Source: the human T2T-CHM13v2.0 reference genome, Homo sapiens. Taken from it: a stretch of 64,000 nt of DNA. The translations under genes and the position numbers were made by a program. The DNA lies in assembly GCF_009914755.1 (NCBI RefSeq), contig NC_060927.1. One strand, 5' to 3'. This document shows, piece by piece, positions 53,918 to 64,000 of this stretch; the first letter of the stretch is position 1; every line of letters begins with the position of its first letter. The notes under the pieces are model-generated. The model had not been told where the DNA came from. It did no database searches and saw nothing but the letters and a program-made list of their open reading frames with translations.

Positions 53918-53928
53918 TATATACACAC
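53876..53928. repeat. (TA)n(CA)n compound microsatellite
   Basis: Direct reading. Confidence 0.95.
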
Positions 53929-54834
53929 AGACATTATATAGTGTACATTTAACTAAATTAGTATATAAATCTATCCTGTATACAAATAGTTCATCTTTTA
54001 TAATTACTACATTTCACTGTGTGTAAAAATTATAACGTTTGCTTCATTTATCAGTTATATGTTATCAGTTATCATTTTTACAGACATTTCATAGAGATAT
54101 AAATGTGTAACTTGGAGCCTCAAATATATGTTCTAAAAAGAGTTCTTCATATCATAATCACATTATTGGATGATCTTTAAGATTTACTGTTATAATTTTA
54201 AATGCCTTATGTATACATAAAAGTATGATTTTATTCATCTGTTTGAAGAATCCTAGGCAAGTGGGTGGGTACACTAGTTAAATAATTTGAAAGTGATAGC
54301 ATGTTTTTCCCAAGCACAAATTTTGACTTATAATAATTAATTTTAAAAAGAAGCGGCGAAGTTACCGGAAGTCAGTTTTTCTTGTAACTTTAATTCACTT
54401 TCAGTTAGATTTGAACAGACTCTTAGGAACTAAATGAGCACAAAGTACACCAAGAAGATGCATTCTTATATATCCTATTTATAGTTTAAATTCTTACAAT
54501 TTTGATTACAGCAACCTTCTTATCCATATCTTGCAGATACATTTAAAGGCAATTAAAATAACTTTATGGGGTAGCAGCTCACGTTTGCTAAATTTATTTG
54601 AAATATCGCCAAGAAATAACAGAGACACTGAATTTCTGCTGACATCTCTGCCATTTATTAGTTGTATACTCTGAGGCAAATTATCTGACTTCTGTGATTC
54701 TCACATTCTCACAGTGCTATTTCATGTGGAACAAACAAGGTCATATATGCAAAGTAACTAGCAGTGTAGCAGTGGTCTTTCAATAAATATTTTCTTCAGG
54801 AAAAACTATACTCAAATCTTTTACTTATTGTTAG

Positions 54835-54838
<4 letters not shown>

Positions 54839-54888
<50 letters not shown>
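54839..54888. repeat. (AC)25 microsatellite
   Basis: Direct reading. Confidence 0.97.
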
Positions 54889-54890
<2 letters not shown>

Positions 54891-56572
54891 CTAAAGGCTA
54901 ATTGCTGGGATTCATGGAGCATTTCTTGTGTGCCAGCATTGTGTTAAATGCTTTCCAAGTATAATCTTATTTAATCCTGTGTCTCTATATTAAGCACTAC
55001 TTTTCTCTTTCTTAAAACTCAAATAGCCAAATCTGGATTTTTTTTCTCCTCATTCGAATTCATCAATCTGTATTTTAGGCTCATTATAGATGTGAAAATG
55101 TTAGATGCATACTATTATTTTTTTATTTTTAGTCAAATAAAATGCAATCACTGTTCATTACCTCAACAAATTAAGTACTAATATCACATCTGGTTTAAAA
55201 TAAAGACAAATGAGTCTATGATTAAGAGGTATTTGGAGAATATGGATGGTGTAGAAAAAGCAAACCCTCTATTTTAAGAAATCCAACAAGACAGGCTTAG
55301 GTGGCATGGAGAGTATCGTTTCCAGATCACATATATAAAATTGGAGTATTCACAAGGGCAAACTTGGAATTGAATGAGCCAGGTCCAAAACCAGATGGCA
55401 AGAAAAAGTTTCAAGCTGTTTCATTTGGAAATTGGTTTTTGGATTTCCACGTGGTGCATTACAAGTTCAAATTAATTTTAAACTTTTAATTTTTCATATG
55501 TATCTTCATGACTCCAGCACATGCCTCCTTGTCTGTCTTGTTGCCAGTCAATCTAAAATGGATACCAAAGTGCTTTTCACTCTACATTAAATACACACAG
55601 AATAGCACTTAACAGTGAGCATTTTGAACTCCTCTCAATAAAAGTTTTAAGAGATAAGAAGCTTTTTCTGTTTCAGGTCACTATTATTCTGAATAATACA
55701 TAAACATTGAGAAATGGTAGAAGTTCTACTGAGGATCAAGACATAACTTCAATACAATGATCTATCATTATCACAGTTTTGGTATTCTAGTAAGCCTCAC
55801 ACCATACTACACTAAATGTTCAATATTGCTGTCTTTTTTCTTTCCTCTCCTTATCATAACACTATTTAAAGGAAGAAATTGTAGGATGAAACGGGGTTAC
55901 TCATGGGAGTACTTTGACGTGCCAAAAGTAAAACACTGAAAAAGAAAAAAGGTCACTTTTCTAGCTTCAAAAACCACAAGGGATGAATCAAATGCTTTGA
56001 GACGTAATATGTGATGCTCTTCTAGAACTGAAGCTGTGTGTTCTTTCAATCCCAGTCAATGTGGTTGCTTGTGTATACCTTAGGTAGATAATAAAATTCA
56101 TTGTTAAAAAAATGTACAGCTACTGATTTAGGGTGGTTTCTAAAGGTCACTGTAAATGAATATGTTTGGAACAGTTGATAAGGCAGAATGCAGGACGGAG
56201 ATTTTTTCTCTCATTTAACAAGTTAGCAATTTCTTCAATCCGTTAAATTACCTGATAGCATGTTTGCTATGGGTTGGAGAGCTTTAAGTAATCTGTGTTG
56301 TGTGTAGATTCAAAACATGTTTAAGATCCACGTGAGTCTAATTTTCAAAAGTACATGAAAACAGAAATCTTTGAATGAGTAAAAGAATTTTTTCTTGAAA
56401 TCATGAGTCCTTTCTTCCTCAATAATTCTGGAATTAAATATCAAAAAACTTCTCTGGAAAAAAAAGCACTTTACTACATGCAATTTCTCTGTTACCTAAT
56501 ATAATCTGAGAATGTGATTTTCTGATAAATGAAGTTGACTATTAATAGGAATATTAAAAACAGATCAGTCTC

Positions 56573-56866
<294 letters not shown>

Positions 56867-58316
56867 TTAAAATATTTTTAAATGCAACATTTTATTTAAC
56901 ACTACAATGTAAACGCTCTGCTGTATTTCCATATTTTATAATATCACAATGGCTCAGAGCCTTCATTATGAATGTCAACTTTTATGGTATCAAAGCAAAA
57001 AGAGCCAGTTAGCAGAAGTTCACAATTATTGTACAGTAGATTAAACTAAGTTTACTATAGGATGCATTTCTATATATGGCAATAATTAAGTTAATAGAGC
57101 ATAAATAAGTTGATAAAAGGAAGTCTGATTATAGCATTATTCCTCAATACTTCCTTAGTTTCGTTTTATAAATAATTTAAAAATTACCTTCCCAATGTTT
57201 GGGGATGTCAGGTATCAGACCATACTTGTAAACATACTTGTAAAATGTCAGGTATCAGACCATACTTGTAAACAGTTGGTTGTAGCCTGGATTATGAATA
57301 ATTTGTTTGCATTTTAATCAGTTTATAAGCCAAAGCAGGTGATGTTGAATAAGTTTCTCCCTTGATTTTTTATTAATGCTACTCGAGATACAGAGACAGT
57401 GCAAAAAATAAGAATAAAAGGCCAAATTAAAAAAAAAAAACAACAACCCTGTTTTGATATTGTTAATAGTCAAGTATTCCCTGTGAGCTAATTTGACAGT
57501 AAAAACACGTGGAAAGTCATTGGGAATAAAACATACCTGTTCCTTGTACAAAAAGGAACGACATAAGCTTGAATAACTATAATAACAAAAGTTAGGTGGA
57601 TTGAAGTTATCATTGATCAGAGAATTATTCAGATTCCATTATTCTGAGCCTAACAGTATTGTAGAAAATACATTTCTCACTTGAGAAATGAACCTTGTGT
57701 CTTTAAAAATGATATCAGGAACATTAGGCAACCAAGAAAAACATGTTGAAAATCATGAATATGTTATTTTGGTGATTAATTTTTGATGATGCTAAATATT
57801 TTATTCTGCATGTTTTGGAGACTTTTGGTCTTAGAAAATAGCTGTTTACCGGTTTGAGTAATTATCATAGCGTGTTGGCAGAGGTTAGACACTAAGTAAG
57901 CTTAAGGTTTAATTTATCTTCCACTTAAAAAATGGCACATGATCAATGTAGACACACTGGAAATAAGAGAAAAATTTAAAGGGAATAAAAATGACTATAA
58001 CTCCTCTTTGTAAGAATAGTCACTTTAGTTCTACACTCTAAGAATGTTCACTTTAACCCTGTCCAGTATTTTTTTTGATGTTCACATGCATGTAGATAGG
58101 CAGATAAATGGATGAGTGTGTTTGTGCATATATATACACACATACTAGTAAATATGTGTATACATACCATGTACATACTAGTAAATATATGTGTATTATG
58201 TTGCATAATGCATATATTACATACATATATGTATATTACATTGCATAATGCATATATTATATTGCATAATGCATATACCGAATGAAAAATTTATTCATAT
58301 GCAGAATTATTATCTT

Positions 58317-58661
58317 TTATTTATTTATTTATTTATTTTTATTACTATACTTTAAGTTTTAGGGTACATGTGCACATTGTGCAGGTTAGTTACATACGTA
58401 TACATGTGCCATGCTGGTGTGCTGCACCCACTAACTCGTCATCTAGCATTAGGTATATCTCCCAATGCTATCCCTCCCCCCTCCCCCCACCCCACAACAG
58501 TCCCCAGAGTGTGATGTTCCCCTTCCTGTGTCCATGTGATCTCGTTGTTCAATTCCCACCTATGAGTGAGAATATGCGGTGTTTGGTTTTTTGTTCTTGC
58601 GATAGTTTACTGAGAATGATGGTTTCCAATTTCATCCAAAAATGTGGCACATATACACCAT
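58317..58661 (-). mobile_element. Young L1 (L1PA2-like) 3' end with 5' inversion
   Basis: Antisense 3' UTR with GAG (non-Ta) diagnostic; sense piece at 58639-58661; perfect TSD agaattattatctt. Confidence 0.92.
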
Positions 58662-60195
58662 AGAATTATTATCTTACATACATAATTTTGTATCTTATTT
58701 TCTTTTACTCACCTTTAGATTATGTCCAATGTTATGAATATCTTTGAGTATAAATCTGATTATTCCTTTGGCAAAGTTTCTAGAAGAAGAATTATTGTCT
58801 CAAAAGATATAATCATTTTAAGGCTCTTGATTCATAATGCCCAAGGAGCATTTTATAAAAGAGCACCAATTTACATGCCAAACTGATTTGAGTTTAAATG
58901 ACTAATGTGCTTTCAATAGTTTAGAAAAGTATCTATTTTCTCAATTTGATATAAAATATAGTATAACCTGATATAACCTGATTTTAATTTAAATTTATTA
59001 ATAATATACCTAAATTGGTAATATTTATATATTTGTTCATTAGCTATGCATGGCTTATATGTTATGAATTTCCTTTCAATTTAATACTTGATATACATTT
59101 TAAAGTAAATTTTTGTTATAATTTCAAATATGTGAAGAAGTGCTTTCAAATTTGATAATGACAGATTATTAAAAGCTAGCTAGAATTTTGGCCAGCAGTG
59201 TCACAATTCAATATCATAAAAAGTAAAAATTCATTAAACAATTCTTGATTCTATTAACCAGTATTTAATAAGAATCTTTCGTATATTAGAAGCAGAAGAT
59301 GATCCTTGGACACTAATATGATTAAATCTAGCCTGCATAAATATAAACACTAATTTTGAATGGCTTAAATATCATTGCATCATTTCACATTTTAAGAATT
59401 CCTATTTAAGCAGGCAACATGATGTGAATGTTAAGAAAAAGTAGGCAAATTCACATTTTGGCTCCATTCATATGATATGCAGATTTTGTGAGGAAACAGT
59501 CTGGATGTCATGCTTTTTGAAATATTGGATTAAAGAACATATAGACAACGGTGAATAGAGTGTTAGACTTTTCTTCAGAAGAATGTGAAAAAAAAAAGTG
59601 TTAAGTCTGGATAATGGGGAAGATCACTTTCTTCAGAATCATGTGGAAATAGGAAAAGAGGTAGTCTGAGGCATCAATGAGACAGGGAAAGGTTGCCCTA
59701 GATGGGTTAAATGTGTGTTTCAAAGGGGAAAAAAAAAGAAGAAACCAGAAAGAAGAGAAAGAAGCCTTCACTAAATTAATTGATTCTTTAAGAAGTCCCA
59801 GATTTCAGATCAACATATACAATAGTTCCTTGATGACTACAAATCATCCAAAAGTGATATATCTATCTTGGGACCATTAATATTTATTGTCACTAGAAGT
59901 TTGAGCAGAGCACAATCTTCATTATGATGAGAGATTATCTACATATTCCCGTCCAACTCTCAGATTATATACATATTTAAAATGAGAATAGAGTGCTGCT
60001 GAATATCCCATTAACCAATTGGAAGATATTCCCAAAAGTATTCATTGTGGTAACTAGGTAATTTGATAACAATTCAACGTTAGGTACTAGCAAAGGTTTT
60101 TCAAGCATTTCTTTTAAGAATTTCTCTCAAAATGTGTCCATTAATTTCCTAGTATAACATATATCATTGCATTTTTATAAAATATGTTATTAGTT

Positions 60196-60636
<441 letters not shown>

Positions 60637-60739
60637 ATATGTTATTAGTTGTCATATGTCTCCAACTTCATAAAGAATGACAGCTAGTAAAGATTTACAA
60701 ACAGATGACTATTCAAACAAGCAGACTGGTTGTCAGAAC

Positions 60740-60922
60740 TCCAGGGTCCCCAAAGGAGGCAACAGCTCAACGGATCAGAGGGAGTCGGTGGACAAGCTGC
60801 ACACTCAGCGCAGGAAGCAGCTCGTGGATGTGACGCTCCACTTCACCTACCCCAAGTCCCCCACGGAGAGACACGACAAGGTCAGGCGGCGCTACTCCTG
60901 CCGCAGTGAAGGAGCCCGGGAC
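60740..60922. promoter_or_regulatory. Small unique CpG-rich segment, candidate promoter or first exon
   Basis: 11 CpGs in 60771-60920 against a CpG-poor background; TGACG half-CRE; minus-strand donor-like GGG|GTAGGT at 60850. Confidence 0.35.
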
Positions 60923-61226
60923 TTTTTTTTGTTGTTTTGTTTTTTGAGATGGAGTTTCGCTCTGTGGTCCAGGCTGCAGTGCAGCGGCGCGATCTTAGTT
61001 CACTGCAACCTCCACCTGCTGGGTCAAGCAGTGTTCATGCCTCAGCCCCCTGAGTAGCTGGGATTGCAGGTGTGGACCACCACACCCGGCTAATTTTTGT
61101 ACTTTTAGTAGAGATGGGGTTTCCCCGTGTTGGCCGGGCTGGTCTCCAACTCCTGACCTCAAGTGATCCGCCCGCCTGGGCCTCTCAAAGTGCTGGGATA
61201 ACAGGCCTGAGCCACGGCATCCGTCC
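60923..61226 (-). mobile_element. AluS (Sx/Sz-like)
   Basis: Antisense dimer, cctgacctcaagtgatccgcccgcc. Confidence 0.93.
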
Positions 61227-63392
61227 TCAGAATCTTGTACAGCAAACGGGATACTTAGAATTTCCTTCCGCTGGGGAATGAGTAGCTGTAAGTTAGTTAT
61301 CTTCACCTGTCCACTTGACTGTCTGACCTGGTGCAGTAACAGTTCAGAGTCAAAGGATACTTCTGCTTTGCGTTTTGGCACGCTCAGCAAGAATATGCAA
61401 GGAATCAGATTCATGGTAGACTGTTATCTAAAAAATAATAGACATTTTTAACACAAATTTTGAAGTAAATTTCTTCAAGTTAAACATGTATTCCAGAGTC
61501 GGAGGAAAGACCCACTTTGGAGACATTCTTTCAGAATTCTCTTCAAAGGCCCTTTTATTTGCTTTTTCCGGGAGCAGTGATGCATTTCTTAAAGAAGCCT
61601 TGATACTTAGTCGTCTTTGAACTTCAGGAGCGTTTTCAAAGGCAAGAGAAGCTGGTTTTCAGGAATTTGATTCATAATGCAAAATGTGTAATATATCTGA
61701 ATACAGGAGTGTGAAAACATAGTACTTAAATATTTGTGTGAACATTTTACTGTATCTATGTGGGTTTTCAAAGGCCATATTTGAAAGGTGATTATAAAAT
61801 AGCACATAAGTATTATACATGAGGCACCATGAGGCAGAAACCAAATAAAGTAGGTTTTCTATATACTCAAGCACCTTGCAGTCTAAAAAGGAACATAAAG
61901 TAAAACAAAATTATGCAGATTAGCAGGGGAGATAGAGATACACCCAATTAATTGCAGGGATAAACTAAACTCATAACTAATCAAAGTGGCAGAAGGATTA
62001 AATGGTATTCTTTGATTTCAGAAGCCTAGTCTACATTATGATATTTTTGGAAATAAGTCTTTTTTGCACCATTAAATAGCATTTTTGATAGTGTAATTAT
62101 CATGCCTGCATGAGTATTAGAGCTTTCAAATACACTATTTTTATTTTTGCTCTTCTTGCAGTGTTATATGAGAATGACATAATACTTAGTTTTATAACAG
62201 AAATGTAAGTGGTAAGGAATTTTTCCCCCATTCTGCTTCAACAGAAACATGTTTTATATGGACATTTTAAAGTTTTAGAATCTAAATGCAATCCTCATTC
62301 TTATAACATTGGTTAAAAAATAAAATAAAAGATCATCATTAAGAGCAATTTGTGCAAGAAACTAAGGTTTGAATTTCAATGGCCCATCCTCATATAAATT
62401 CTATTTTGGATTCCTAGGTCTCATCGATTTGTTGTGATATTACATATAAATGAAAATACCAAATGTCTTTTGCTTTGTCAGTGAAAAAGTAGTTTGGGCT
62501 TAATAAATGGTTCCAGTGATGTCTATTTGGAAGCTTCATGACATATTAAAGCAGTTGATAAGGAACATTTGTTGTGGGGTCACGTCTGATTGATGGTTTA
62601 CTACCTAGCACAGCCTCATCTGCTGTGGTATTCCCATAAGAAATGTTCATTGCTAGACAGTGCTAAATGTGCTCTATCTAAATCATTCATTACTTATAAC
62701 AAGTTTTAGTATATATATGAATCAAATGTTGTTTATAGTTGCCTTCAACAGGATTTATCATTTTGAAGCTTTTCTACCACTTCGAATGGAATAACTAAGA
62801 TATAGATTTTTTAATAAGTGTTTTGAGCCCATGGCGGTAATGTACCAAGAATTCAATAACAAAGTAAATATTAAGCAAGTTTTCTAAGATTAAAGTTAGA
62901 ATGTAGTTTTGTAACTTTTTTTCTGTTTCTAAATACAAACAATTGTATATTTTTATAGTATGGGGTGTTGGCAAAATCATTAAAATAAAGGGCAATTTTA
63001 AGATATTTAGCATTCATAAATATCACATGAGGCACACCTTGCTTCCAGCAATTAGGAATAACTTATTTTTTATATATAACAATTCCAGTTTATCGTCTGA
63101 AACTGCCTTTTAATTACAAGCTTCTTTTTTTATATGTAACCTGTTCTCATTCCCATTAAATCTAATCTTCATTCGTTTCATTTTCTTTCTCAGTGTCTTT
63201 CACTCTATTTGGCTCTTATTTCCTTTATGCCTCTAGATTCCTCTGTTTGGTTTTAACGACATAATTTGACATTCTCAACCCATGGCCAATGCTCAGTAAT
63301 ATCCGGGCATCTTTGCAGTCTACATCACAGCTCCTTCTGAAATCCCAAATTTAGGGAAACATTAATATTTGTTATTGTTCTATTTTAAGTAA

Positions 63393-63710
<318 letters not shown>

Positions 63711-64000
63711 TAAACTAATAGAAGATTTGTTGTCATGTGTGTATTACCTGAACCAGGAAAACATTTGAGATTATATTAATGACTACAAAAATAAAAAATA
63801 GGAATCATAGATTGTATATTTTGAATACATTTCCATTGTGAATGGCAAGGCTAGAAGTCACTTTTGTGTTTCCATGATTGGAGACATTTTGAGACAAATG
63901 TTTCCTTTGTCCTGTATCAAAAGTTATGGGAAGAGGGATCATGGTTTCAGTTAGAAAAAGAGCCTGTGAATAATATTGTATAACACCAATTTGCTTTATG

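Noticed and set aside
60677-61414. 126-aa and 139-aa ORFs
   Set aside because: Both run into Alu sequence and have no recognisable domain. Only the CpG content is retained as a finding.

Overview
AT-rich primate (most likely human or great-ape) genomic DNA, judged from AluJ/S/Y, L1PA2-like, THE1 and MER11 elements. No intact protein-coding gene is visible, and most entries in the ORF track come from Alu, L1, MER52 or simple repeats. The main unexplained signal is on the minus strand from about 1 to 29 kb. Roughly 20 repeat-free segments there are bracketed by AG...GT (or decayed) splice signals and read as protein-like frames with only scattered stops or frameshifts. Several neighbours join in matching intron phase. 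This looks like the relic of a large multi-exon gene (candidate unitary pseudogene), with exons interrupted by an MLT1A LTR, L1 insertions and a 19-bp frameshifting duplication. I cannot name the gene family. The right half is mostly repeats, plus a repeat-poor stretch (42-45.8 kb) and a small CpG-rich island (about 60.7-60.9 kb). Several retrotransposition oddities are clear: nested LTRs, a twin-primed L1PA2-like insert, a trimeric AluY and a chimeric Alu tail. Repeat subfamilies are assigned from remembered consensus sequences, and boundaries of old repeats are approximate.
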